The translations under genes were made by a program, and so were the position numbers. From positions 142,042,001-142,106,000 of the forward strand of contig NC_091470.1 in assembly GCF_036971445.1 (NCBI RefSeq): a stretch of DNA of 64,000 nt. The letters run 5' to 3'. Below are positions 36,456 to 48,319 of the stretch, piece after piece; position 1 is the stretch's first letter, and every line of letters starts with the position of its first letter. This DNA comes from Narcine bancroftii (lineage: Eukaryota). The notes under the pieces were generated by a model that saw nothing but the letters and a program-made list of their open reading frames with translations, made no database searches and was not told where the DNA came from.

Positions 36456-38184
36456 CAGACCGAGATATCTGGTCCAATTAAAATCAGTGAAGGTCCCAGG
36501 AGCATCACCTCAATATTTATATCTATTCCAAACAATACCAGACCAAGATATCTGGTCCAATTAAAATCAGTGAATTTTTATATCTATTTCAAACAATTCG
36601 AGACCAAGATATCTGGTCCAGTTACAATCAGTGAAGGTCTCAGGGGCATCACCTCAATTTTTATGTCTATTTTAAACAATTCCAGACCAAGATATCTGGT
36701 CCAGTTACAATCAGTGAAGGTATCAGGGGCATCACCTCAATTTTTATATCTATTTTAAACAATTCCAGACCAAGATAACTGGTCCAGTTACAATCAGTGA
36801 AGGTCTCAGGGGCATCACCTCAATTTTTATATCTATTTTAAACAATTCCAGACCAAGATATCTGGTCCAGTTACAATCAGTGAAGGTCTCAGGGGCATCA
36901 CCTCAATTTTTATGTCTATTTTAAACAATTCCAGACCAAGATATCTGGTCCAGTTACAATCAGTGAAGGTCTCAGGGGCATCACCTCAATTTTTATATCT
37001 ATTTTAAACAATTCCAGACCAAGATATCTGGTCCAGTTACAATCAGTGAAGTTCTCAGGGGCATCACCTCAATTTTTATATCTATTTTAAACAATTCCAG
37101 ACCAAGATATCTGGTCCAGTTACAATCAGTGAAGGTATCAGGGGCATCACCTCAATTTTTATATCTATTTTAAACAATTCCAGACCAAGATAACTGGTCC
37201 AGTTACAATCAGTGAAGTTCTCAGGGGCATCACCTCAATTTTTATATCTATTTTAAACAATTCCAGACCAAGATATCTGGTCCAGTTACAATCAGTGAAG
37301 TTCTCAGGGGCATCACCTCAATTTTTATATCTATTTTAAACAATTCCAGACCAAGATATCTGGTCCAGTTACAATCAGTGAAGTTAAGTTCTCAGGGCCA
37401 TCGCCTCAATTTTTATATCTATTTTAAACAATTCCAGACCAAGATATCTGGTCCAGTTACAATCAGTGAAGGTCTCAGGGGCATCACCTCAATTTTTATA
37501 TCTATTTTAAACAATTCCAGACCAAGATATCTAGTCCAGTTACAATCAGTGAAGTTCTCAGGGGCATCACCTCAATTTTTATACCTATTTTAAACAATTC
37601 CAGGCCAAGATATCTGGTCCAATTACAATCAGTGAAGGTCTCAGGGGCATCGCCTCAATTTTTATATCTATTTTAAACAATTCCAGACCAAGATATCTGG
37701 TCCAGTTACAATCAGTGAAGTTCTCAGGGGCATCACCTCAATTTTTATATCTATTTTAAACAATTCCAGACCAAGATATCTGGTCCAGTTACAATCAGTG
37801 AAGTTCTCAGGGGCATCGCCTCAATTTTTATATCTATTTTAAACAATTCCAGACCAAGATATCTGGTCCAGTTACAATCAGTGAAGGTCTCAGGGGCATC
37901 ACCTCAATTTTTATATCTATTTCAAACAATTTGAGACCAAGATATCTGGTCCAGTTACAATCAGTGAAGTTCTCAGGGGCATCACCTCAATTTTTATATC
38001 TATTTTAAACAATTCCAGACCAAGATAACTGGTCCAGTTACAATCAGTGAAGTTCTCAGGGGCATCACCTCAATTTTTATATCTATTTTAAACAATTCCA
38101 GACCAAGATATCTGGTCCAATTAAAATCAGTGAAGGTCTCAGGAGTATCACCTCAATTTTTACATCTGTTTCAAACAATTCCAG
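36456..38184 (+). repeat. 83-bp tandem array, about 21 copies
   Basis: Period 83 (e.g. GGTCCAGTTA at 36781 and 36864); unit CAGACCAAGATATCTGGTCCAGTTACAATCAGTGAAGGTCTCAGGGGCATCACCTCAATTTTTATATCTATTTTAAACAATTC. Confidence 0.95.
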
Positions 38185-40797
38185 TTTTTATCTCAAAGTC
38201 TTTTTTTTTATATTGACTCAAAAATTTCTTCCTTTATTTGGAAGAACACAAACTCTGGAAATATTAAATTTCATTTACAAAAATTGAAAAAAGATGGAGC
38301 TAATGGCCTTACCTAATTTTAAATTTCATTATTGGGATGTTAATATTTGTTATTTAATGTTTGGGATTTTTTTATTCTGACAAATTGGTCTAACAGCAGT
38401 ATTCAGTGGCCGCTTTATTGGGTACCTCTCTTCCATTTAGTTTTTCCAAGATCAATGAGGATATATCTCATCCAATACATTGTAAATCTGGGTCCAATTT
38501 AGTAAATGTTTTTAAATTTCAGAGCTTTGTTTTATCTCATAATTTTTTTGACCATCAATAATTGATCAATCCTTCTCTTTATGGAAAATCAAAAGTATTA
38601 TTTCTTTTGCAAATTTATTTAAGGAAGGTTGTTTAATGTCTCTTGAATATCTGGCAAGTAAATATGACAACTAAATATTCTTTTTTTTAGATATTTATAG
38701 ATTAGAAATTTCTTAAATACCATATTACTGGACTTACCGTTTGTTATTCCACCACCAGACCTAGTTGATTAATATTTTCTAAAGGAATTCCAATGGAATT
38801 ATATATGATAGATTATTGAAAATGTGTCAAATCCTTCATGATAAGATTAAAAAGACTTGGGAATAGGAACTTGCAAAACCCTTATCAGAGGATCTATGGG
38901 ACAAGATTCTTAAATTGGTGAATACATCTTCAATATGTGCCCAACATTAATCCAATTCAAAATGGTGCATCGTGTTCAAGTCCAAAGATAAGATGGCATG
39001 TATCTTTTCTAATATTAACCCTATTTGTCCCAGATCCAAATTTGATACTGATACATTGTCACATATGTTTTGGTCTTGTCCATCCTTAGAAATTTATTGG
39101 AAAGAAATTTTTAATATTTTTTCAACTGTATTTTAGGTGGAGCTATGACCCAATACAATAACTCCTCTTTTTGGGGTTATTGAACCAGACATAAGGAGTT
39201 TTTCTGCACCTGTGCCACAGGTTGTGGCATTCTCTACATTTCTGGCTAGAAGAACCATCTTATTCAAATGGAACAACTCTAGACCTCCAACAGTGTTTTT
39301 GTGGTTTTCTCATATTATGTCCTGTTTAAGTTTAGAAAAAAATTAGATATCATGTATTTGATTCATTGGTGAAATTTGAAGATATTGGGGACCTTTTATG
39401 TCTTATTTTCATTTGATGTAAATGTTTTTAATATGATTAAATGTATGTACTCACTCTTCCAGATGAGATAAAATTTTACCTTAGTTTTTTGATTCACGGT
39501 ATGAATCAAAAGTTACAAAATCTATGTAACCCTTAGGATAAGATGAACAGATGTTTTTGGATTTTTTTAAATAAAGTAGGTTATGTGGATTTTTAATATG
39601 TCTTTATCCAGTGTAGTGGAGGGGAGACTGAGTTTATATAATTGGAAGTTTTATCCTGATATATTGCAATGGAATATATATTTGGGAGATAATTGGTAAA
39701 ATCAGAGTAGGTTACATACGTACACACATTTTAAAACAGATCTTATTTGAAATACTGAAGAATTCATATTCAGTGAACTTTACCGAAACTATGGAGAATG
39801 CTATGCACATTTCACAAGTTGGTGCTAATTGAAATGATGCCATCAAATGAATCGACTGGAGACAGGTCATCTGTGTTGAACATTTTTACAAGACTTCTGA
39901 CCTTTCTGGAAAGTGCTCACTCAAAGTTAAATGAGAAGTTTTGTTTCCCTAAGAACACGGATGAGAGGAAAAAACTAGCTCCTATTGTTTGCTGGAGAAA
40001 GTGGGTTTTTTTGCAGGTGAGAATCATGTGGGCTTTCTAGCAGTTGGAAGATGAAGAGAGAGAGAGAGAGAGAGAGCGCGCTGAACAGTCACAGCTGAAG
40101 CAAGCAGGAAAAAGCTTGTTGGAACTGAAACAGAAAGCTCTACAGCGGCAGATAGCTGGAAGTGCTATCAGTCTGATGGTTCTCTTGGAATAAGTGGAAC
40201 AGAAAGGAACTCTCTGATGGCCTGAAAGAAAGAAGTTATCATCTGGAGAACCCTGATGGGGAAAGTTTCATCAGTAAGACATTGAGGTGATTTAATGGTG
40301 GTACCTCAGTTGTGGAAATCCTAGAACAACAAATCTCTCTCTGCAAACCTCCAAAGATCCTTCATAAGTGGTAAAACATTTACCTTTTGAGCACCAAAGT
40401 CTGGTGAACTTTATACATATTAAATTCTGTGCACAGTATAAGAATTGCCTGCAACCAGTGAACTTGGAAGAATGAGATGTGAGCTTGAACTGTGAATCAA
40501 AGAACTTTTCTTAAATTTACACATACATTACATACACATGCGCTTAGAATTAGAAGGGGGTTAAGGTTAGTTAAGTTAATAGAGGTAAGTTAAAGTTTGA
40601 TTCTGTTTTCATGTTTAAAGATAATTAAAAACAATTTTTGTTTAACTAACTACTTGTCTTGGTGAATATCTATTGCTGCTGAGTTTTGGGGTCCTTTGGA
40701 CTCGTAACAATATACATATGTGATATTGTATTTTCAGTTTTGTTCCCTTCCTTGTATTCATTTTAAAAACCAATAAAAAAAGATTGAAAAGAAAAAA
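38154..40797 (+). mobile_element. 5'-truncated decayed L1-clade LINE containing a solo LTR
   Basis: ORF2-like (P)QFLHLFQTIPVFISKS, ISSFIWK, LPNFKFHYW, HMFWSCP; AATAAA at 40772 plus A-rich tail; 13-bp TSD AGGAGTATCACCT at 38141-38153 and 40798-40810. Confidence 0.88.
39665..40709 (+). mobile_element. Solo LTR (TG...CA, TSD ATAT), same family as 31346-32330
   Basis: ATAT at 39661-39664 and 40710-40713; internal (AG)n; ATTAAA at ~40624. Confidence 0.85.
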
Positions 40798-41367
40798 AGG
40801 AGTATCACCTTAACCTGCCTCCTGCAGACTGTTGCAGCATCAGGATAACAGGATTAAGATTATCAGGTGAACTCCTTGAACTGATTCAATATCTGTGATC
40901 ATCGGAAAGGGAATGGATCCTCAAAAGATTGGTCAAGATAATGAGGATAAAAGGGTCTTTTTTTTAATACAACATGTTACTTGAGTGCTTACACAGGGAT
41001 TAGTATAGGCCTCACAATCTATATTAGTCACTTAGTGAGAAGAATGTGCACCATATCCACTTATATTGGAGTGCAGGAGCCAAGGAGCCTTGCTGTGACT
41101 GTAGATTTGAGATTGCCTCTGAGATCTCACTGGCGTGTGCCGTATTCAGTGTGAGACAACGTGGATGGTTACATTACTGATGAAGGAAGGAGCAGTCTCA
41201 TAAGAGAGCATCAAAACTGTGGAGAGTTAAGATGAGAAGAAATCTATTTCCTCAGTGTTGTAAGTTGTCGAAATACTTTTCTCCAGTGGCTCTAGGTGTA
41301 TAGATGTTGAGGTAAACAGAGGAAGGATGTGGAGTGGGTGGGAGAGTCCAGCAGCCATCTTCTAATT

Positions 41368-42276
41368 CAATGTTTCCCAAACAGCATTCCGTGGACCCAG
41401 GGGTTTCGTGGAAGGGCATAGGGGTTCAGTGGAAGAAATGACAGGGAATAATAATGATCTACCTGTTTTTCTTTAAATTTTTTTTTTACCTCTGTCTTAA
41501 TTCAGTTTGTTTGTGGGGGGAGACCTCAGGGGAGGGGGAGCCAAACCAGATTCAGGAAACCTGGGACACTTGGTCTTTTGAAAAGAACACCAAACAGTGC
41601 AGCAGCCAGTTTCATGACCACAAGAAATACTCAGAAACCCCATGGTGAGAAGGCTCCTTCAGTGGAGATAAAGTACAGAAGGTGCAGTCATGGCTCTCAA
41701 GCATCTTAAGAAGAATGTGTGTTGTTCTCCATCACCCCAACTCTGAGTGGGTGAAGCTGGTGACTGGGCCAGAATTGGTGCTGCACAAGTAATGAGCACA
41801 GTGGTTTCTGGGAGCTGGCAACGACAGAATGAAGATTTGCAACATGTGCGTGGAGAAAGCTCTGAAATACTAGTATCCAGCTTGTCACCTGAGGAAAGTG
41901 AACCATGGGAGGGGTGCGCGACCACCGGTATTTGACTGGTGGCTGATACAGCTAAATGAGAGGCAAGTAGCAAGTGGCGCCTGAGTAGTCAGGCCCGAGT
42001 TGAGTAGTGATGGACAGCAGGGGAGCCCCAGGCTGCGGCGGGGAGAAAGAGGTGCCGGGGAAGCCCAGGCCAAGGGATGAGCAAGGATGGGGGGGCCTTA
42101 CTAAAGCTCATTCTAGGGTTGGGTGATAGTTAATCCTCTACTGGTGAGTTTATTTACTTTCTTACTATGCTTGTGTATATACCAGGTATTTTAAACTGGA
42201 AATGATGATTGGGGTTCCGCATTTTCCAAGTGTTCCCCAAAAAGGTTCCATGAGCTGAAAAGTTTGGGAAGTCCTG
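41368..42276. mobile_element. Non-autonomous hAT DNA transposon
   Basis: Imperfect TIRs CAATGTTTCCCAAAC / GTTTGGGAAGTCCTG; perfect 8-bp TSD TTCTAATT (41360-41367, 42277-42284). Confidence 0.85.
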
Positions 42277-43289
42277 TTCTAATTGAACAATGGAACACAA
42301 TTGAGGGGCCAAAAGGCCTGCTATAATCTCTCATTAATTTTACCATATTCTCAGCTGGAACCCTTACAGGTCATTTGATTACTTTTATACAGATCATAGA
42401 TTATATGCTCACTTTCCCAAGAGCTTTAATTTCTATTGCATATGTATACAGTTTTGGAATTCTTCTGTACATTATTTGGAATGAAACTCATTTAAAATGG
42501 ATCAAAGATGAACATATCAAAAGGTGATGATTGGCTTTAATTTATACCTCTGAGTATGCCTAATGATAGGCAGGTGTTGCCATGTGTTTGTATGTCTCGG
42601 ATGCCGCTTTAATTGCTGACTCAGTCAGATCACTGAAGTGACCCAATTTCTGTTCAGGTTTCATTGACGTAGTCCTCAGAGTCCCAGCACAGTACCAGCG
42701 CACAGCAGACCACTCGGTCCATTATCCTGGAACTGATAACGCATCAATTTCAGGTCACCCAAGTTGCTGGCATGCTTTAGCAGATGAGTTTCATTGGGCG
42801 GCACAATTAGCATAGCAGTTAGTGCAATCCTATTACAGCACCAGACCCGGGTTCAAATCCAGCAATGTCTGTAAGGAGTTTGTATGGCTTCCCTGTGTCT
42901 GTGTGGGTTTCTCCCTCCCATTAATAATGTATTGGGTTGTAGGTTAATTGGGGCATTGGGCATCACAGGCTCATGGGCTGGAAGGGCCTGTTTCTGTGTA
43001 TGGATAAATTAAAAATCTTAAAAATGAAAAAATGAATAAAGTAGCTTCTCCCTCTTTCTTCTCCACAACAGGCTTGGAGAAGGTCGATGGAGGGAAGGGG
43101 TTCCTCAGGGTGGCTGAGCAGTGCTGCAGGTGGTGCTCCTGCAATCTCGGTTCAATTCCAACCTTGAACGCTGTCCGTGTGGAGTTTGCATGTTCTCCTT
43201 GTGACTATGTGGGGTTCTCCAGGTTCCTTTTGCATCCTAATGATGATCAGGGTTGTAGTTTATTGGCTTTTTAAATTACAAATTAGAGA

Positions 43290-43986
43290 TGTTAGAAACA
43301 GAATTATCCTTTAAAGAAATTGCTCGAGACAAATATTGAGAACAAAGAACATTTATTATAATAACAATGCAAAGTTGGGTGCTTCCCCTTACCTTGGAAA
43401 TACACACATATACTGGGGCTCACCCAACTTTTATACAGTAAATTTCAGTATCAGAATACCCTCCCCCTTACATTCTTCTGCCCCCTGGATGGGTTTGGCA
43501 GAGGCAATCCTTCCTGCCTACGTGCTGTTTCAGTATACTTGGAGGACCAGGGGGTATCCTGTCGGTGTGCCTTCATGTTATTGTCCTTATTCACACCTTC
43601 CTGATTCTCGGAGCTACAGTCTCTTGGTAAGTAGAGTTGGCTCATCCTGTCTAGGGTTGGCTAATTTAATATGTATAAATCTGTGAAAGGTTAACTAATT
43701 AGATATGTAGGACTTGGTACTTCTGTCTAGGGCTAGGAGACCCTTATCTGATCCAAACTACCTCAACTTCCTACATTCTATTGTTCCTTACCACTCCTTA
43801 TCTTAGTCTTATGGTGGCTCTTGTCACAAAGACTAGAAGATTCTTATGTTAATCATGCTGACTCTGCTTTCCTGCATCCTAATTCCCAAGCTCATCCTGC
43901 TTGTACTGGTTACAGCCATTAACTGATGTATGAATTTCAGTTTCCTTCATGTTCATAATTTTAGATCAGTTTTCCCATCTCTCACA
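43290..43986 (-). repeat. ERV 3' LTR
   Basis: Direct repeat of 49647-50342; minus-strand TATAAAA at 43429-43435 and AATAAA at 43352-43357; preceded on minus by PPT AAAAGAAAAGTGAGGAT. Confidence 0.95.
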
Positions 43987-44192
43987 ATCCTCACTTTTCT
44001 TTTAGATCAGTAATACTGATCTTTCACCATGATCAGTGTTACTGATCTTTGGTTACTGGTCTCAGTGTGACTGATTTCCCCCCCCCATCCTCACTTTTCT
44101 TTTAGATCAGTATTACTGATGCTGTAAAGTGTAAGGTGTTGTTTTTCCCAGCTGGTCAATAACCGAATTGCAGTCTCTGTGTCGTTGGAGAG

Positions 44193-44609
44193 TTAAGGCT
44201 TTGGGGTGTAGTGTTCTGACGAAGGGTTCGATGAATTTAAAGTCTTTAGGTAGGGGAGCACCATAAAGGTCAGAGTAGTGAGTCCAGCTGCTATTAGGGT
44301 TGTGAGTATCAGGCTCCAGTTCTCAGTAAAGAGTCTAGTCCATCCCACATCAGGCCGAGGTTGCCAAGTCTGAACATGGGCATGGGCAGATTCTCGTTGA
44401 AGTCCTGAAGCAGTGTCTTTAACCGCCCAACTGTTGTAAGCATTGTCCTGTAGAAGTCTGTGAGAAACGCTGCCTTCAGCAGCGAACGAATAGTCGAGAG
44501 TCAGGTGGTTCCGTTGAATTGTGGCTCGTATCTGCCGTTCCTCTTCATCCCCGAACCCTAGGGCCACCGATCTCCGAAGGCTGTCTGGAGTCTGATATTG
44601 AAATGCCAA
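44193..44609 (-). pseudogene. env: ERV env TM-subunit remnant (138-aa open frame)
   Basis: QIRATIQRNHLTLDYSFAAEGSV resembles the immunosuppressive domain LQNRxALDxLxAxEGGxC; hydrophobic span WSLILTTLIAAGLTTLTFMVLPYL; lies just upstream of the PPT. Confidence 0.7.
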
Positions 44610-44839
44610 GCAGCTTTAGAGTACTGTAGCAGCTCACGTTGTTTGTAACTGGTGCTCCCCTTCACGGGGTGGTGTTTGTGATGAGAAGAGACCAAGCTGG
44701 GGGGGGATTGTTTCTTGTGATTTATCCTGTGTGTTGCAGCTTGTCTGCTAACATTAGCATGAGTATTATTGAACTTGTGAGTGCAAGCCTGTCTGTGTAC
44801 ATTAGCATATGTATTAACTCTCTCTCTCTGCGACATGTA

Positions 44840-46112
44840 TCGGATGTCCCCCAAAGTTCCTCAACATGATTATCCAACTGCACGAAAACCAACAAGGTCG
44901 GGTCAGATACAGCAATGAGCTCTCTGAACCCTTCTCCATTAACAATGGCGTGAAGCAAGGCTGTGTTCTCGCACCAACCCTCTTTTCAATCTTCTTCAGC
45001 ATGATGCTGAACCAAGCCATGAAAGACCCCAACAATGAAGACGCTGTTTACATCCGGTACCGCACGGATGGCAGTCTCTTCAATCTGAGGCGCCTGCAAG
45101 CTCACACCAAGACACAAGAGAAACTTGTCCGTGAACTACTCTTTGCAGACGATGCCGCTTTAGTTGCCCATTCAGAGCCAGCTCTTCAGCGCTTGACGTC
45201 CTGCTTTGCGGAAACTGCCAAAATGTTTGGCCTGGAAGTCAGCCTGAAGAAAACTGAGGTCCTCCATCAGCCAGCTCCCCACCATGACTACCAGCCCCCC
45301 CACATCTCCATCGGGCACACAAAACTCAAAACGGCTGCACCATTTCATCAGATGCAAGGATCGACAATGAGATAGACAACAGACTCGCCAAGGCAAATAG
45401 CGCCTTTGGAAGACTACACAAAAGAGTCTGGAAAAACAACCAACTGAAAAACCTCACAAAGATAAGCGTATACAGAGCCGTTGTCATACCCACACTCCTG
45501 TTCGGCTCCGAATCATGGGTCCTCTACCGGCACCACCTACGGCTTCTAGAACGCTTCCACCAGCGTTGTCTCCGCTCCATCCTCAACATCCATTGGAGCG
45601 CTTTCATCCCTAACGTTGAAGTACTCGAGATGGCAGAGGTCGACAGCATCGAGTCCACGCTGCTGAAGATCCAGCTGCGCTGGATGGGTCACGTCTCCAG
45701 AATGGAGGACCATCGCCTTCCCAAGATCGTATTATATGGCGAGCTCTCCACTGGCCAGTGGTGACAGAGGTGCACCAAAGAAAAGGTACAAGGACTGCCT
45801 AAAGAAATCTCTTGGTGCCTGACACATTGACCACCGCCAGTGGGCTGATAATGCCTCAAACCGTGCATCTTGGCGCCTCAGTTTGGCGGGCAGCAACCTC
45901 CTTTGAAGAAGACCGCAGAGCCCACCTCACTGACAAAAGGCAAAGGAGGAAAAACCCAACACCCAACCCCAACCAACCAATTTTCCCCTGCAACCGCTGC
46001 AACCGTGTCTGCCTGTCCCGCATCGGACTTGTCAGCCACAAACGAGCCTGCAGCTGACGTGGACTTTTTACCCCCTCCATAAATCTTCGTCCGCGAAGCC
46101 AAGCCAAAGAAG
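44840..46112 (+). mobile_element. RTE-clade LINE nested in the ERV env region
   Basis: Near-identical to 33632-34930 in reverse complement; 24-bp TSD AACTCTCTCTCTCTGCGACATGTA at 44816-44839 and 46113-46136; small deletion near 45333 shifts the frame. Confidence 0.95.
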
Positions 46113-46457
46113 AACTCTCTCTCTCTGCGACATGTACAATCCTGACTACCATTCTGTCTGTCTTTGTCCCACCATGTCCTTTGTGCTATCGCTTTAAAAC
46201 TCCTGTCTTTAATACCTGTGTAGGCTAAGATACAAATTAGATGTACTCCACTAAAGCTGTTCAGTTCCCCTGGTCCATATTGGAATCCCTTGTTAACCCA
46301 TATCCCACTATGACTATACATTAAATCTATGCCCCGTCTACATTCTAAAGGAAAATAATTGTCACCTCTGCTGCCCCTATTCCAGGAGGACTTAAAACAT
46401 AGCGAGTAATTAAGTGACATCAACAGTTAAAAAAACAATACAACAATAAATGTAACA

Positions 46458-46710
46458 TTACGGCACTTTGTCGCGGCGCAGTGTAAGTTTCAGGTCTGAA
46501 GGATGAGGAACTGCACGCCAGGTTGAGGGTTGAGTCTGTGCATCGTGATGTTGTGGTTCGGAAGCTAGTTTCATTCTTTGAATGTGGGTCCAGCCTATTT
46601 CTCTTATTCGTACGGCGGTGTCTGTAATTAAAAGTACACAGTAGGGACCATCCCAGGCGGGTTTCAGTTGGTGATGTTGGCATGCTTTTACATATAACCA
46701 ATCACTAGAT
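46458..46710 (-). pseudogene. pol: ERV integrase C-terminal (GPY/F) remnant
   Basis: DWLYVK...LKPAWDGPYCVLLITDTAVRIREIGWTH...DLKLTLRR*, typical class I retroviral IN C-terminus. Confidence 0.85.
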
Positions 46711-48319
46711 TTAATAAAATGAATAACAATCTGACTTTTCTTTGTGTTAGTGTAAAAAATTGTAAAATGAAACACAAACCATATTTCCATGGGTTTTGAA
46801 TATATTAGACCTTATTAAAATGCGGTTGGAGCTGTTTGTCTGTATGGGGCAACAACCCTCCAATTTGTTAGAGTGAGTACATAACAGACATTGCAGCACA
46901 AGAGCCCCTGCAAGAGAACTTGAAACATATTCAACCTTTAGTTCTGCCTTAAGTACACAATTAGCCATAATGATTCGGCGAGTGATATTAACTGTATTGT
47001 AAATGAATTTATTTTAAAATAGCCGAGTGGGGATAAGACATGTCTTTGTCACTGCCGACAGCAACGAATTTGACAATTATTTAACATCGCTATTCTAATT
47101 TTAAAATTAAATGCCTTGTGCCACAGCTCACAAGAGCTGGCCTTATTTAAAACAGTCTGTAAAACCGGCACCAAAAAAATTTAAAAGATGTTCTTATGAA
47201 GATTGCACACACAATAATTTAAGTACAGGCTAGTTTCTATTATATTCCACTTAAAAGTTCTGCTGCATGAATCCTGGAGCTTGTGGAGTCATTATTGAAT
47301 CAAGAAATATTGGTACCATGCCAATCTCATTCTAACATGCCAATTTCTCCAGTCCTTAAGTCAAGATGTACTGAATAGCATCTGGTACAAGATCTGTGAG
47401 TTATTAATGATATTATTATTCTTATGCACCCAATTGTTCTGAACTATGCCACCAATTTAAATCATATTCCATCTATTGCAGTACTCACACAGCACCATAG
47501 ACCAGTTCGCAGGTTTATTTCTCCATTAAGCTAAATCCCGTCGCGCAGGGTTTACCTCCGTGATTATTTACAATGTAACTTCCACACTACCGGATTTAAA
47601 TATAAACCTGATGAATGGGGGGGAAGAGTTATCATGAATTAAATTACAGCGGCAATACAGAAAAATTGTGCTGAGGCATTAATTTCACTCCGGAGGAAAA
47701 TGCACCAGAGAAATGAATGATTAAACTTATGGGAATCACCAGAGGTATCTTTATTCACCAGAGGTGGGTGATCTTTAAACTTACGGACCTTGATTGCTGA
47801 ATGTGTAGAAGGAATGTACTAAATCTATTGATAGGGCTCCATACCTCTAACTGCAAGACAAGAGCCTGAAGCCTCAATTTCAAGTGCCACAGTGCACTTA
47901 AAGGGACATGCACACTCCCCCTTCAACTGGGTGATCCAGCAACTTAACACATCAGATCCTTTCTTTATCTCACATACACTTAAAGTTAAGATGTATAGAA
48001 CTCACCCTATTTGCGCAAACATTTCTCCCTGCAAATGTTATAACATCACTCAACTCTCAGGTACTCCCTGTGCAAAATCACATTTGAATATAATTTATTT
48101 GATAAACTGGAATTAACTGGTAGTTAAATTCGCTCATTCTACAGTATTGATAAACGATCATTTATGACATTTAAATTTTAGCATGAATTTTAATCAATAT
48201 TGGTCAGTGACTGAAGTGGGAAGTCGTGATTTATGAAATTATCTCTGGTCGCTACACTCCCACTCCCGGCACTTCTCCCAACATCCAGGAGCTGGCACAC
48301 AGTCCCTGCCTTTTTCATG

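Noticed and set aside
8132-38184. CRISPR-like appearance of the 22-83 bp repeats
   Set aside because: Units are head-to-tail with no unique spacers, there are no cas genes, and the DNA is vertebrate.
42797-43020. tRNA gene-like A/B boxes
   Set aside because: These are tRNA-derived SINE heads followed by SINE body; no complete cloverleaf.
43336-43686. Duplicated 116-aa ORF (also at 49692-50042)
   Set aside because: Antisense to the provirus, non-ATG start, and duplicated only because it lies in the LTRs.
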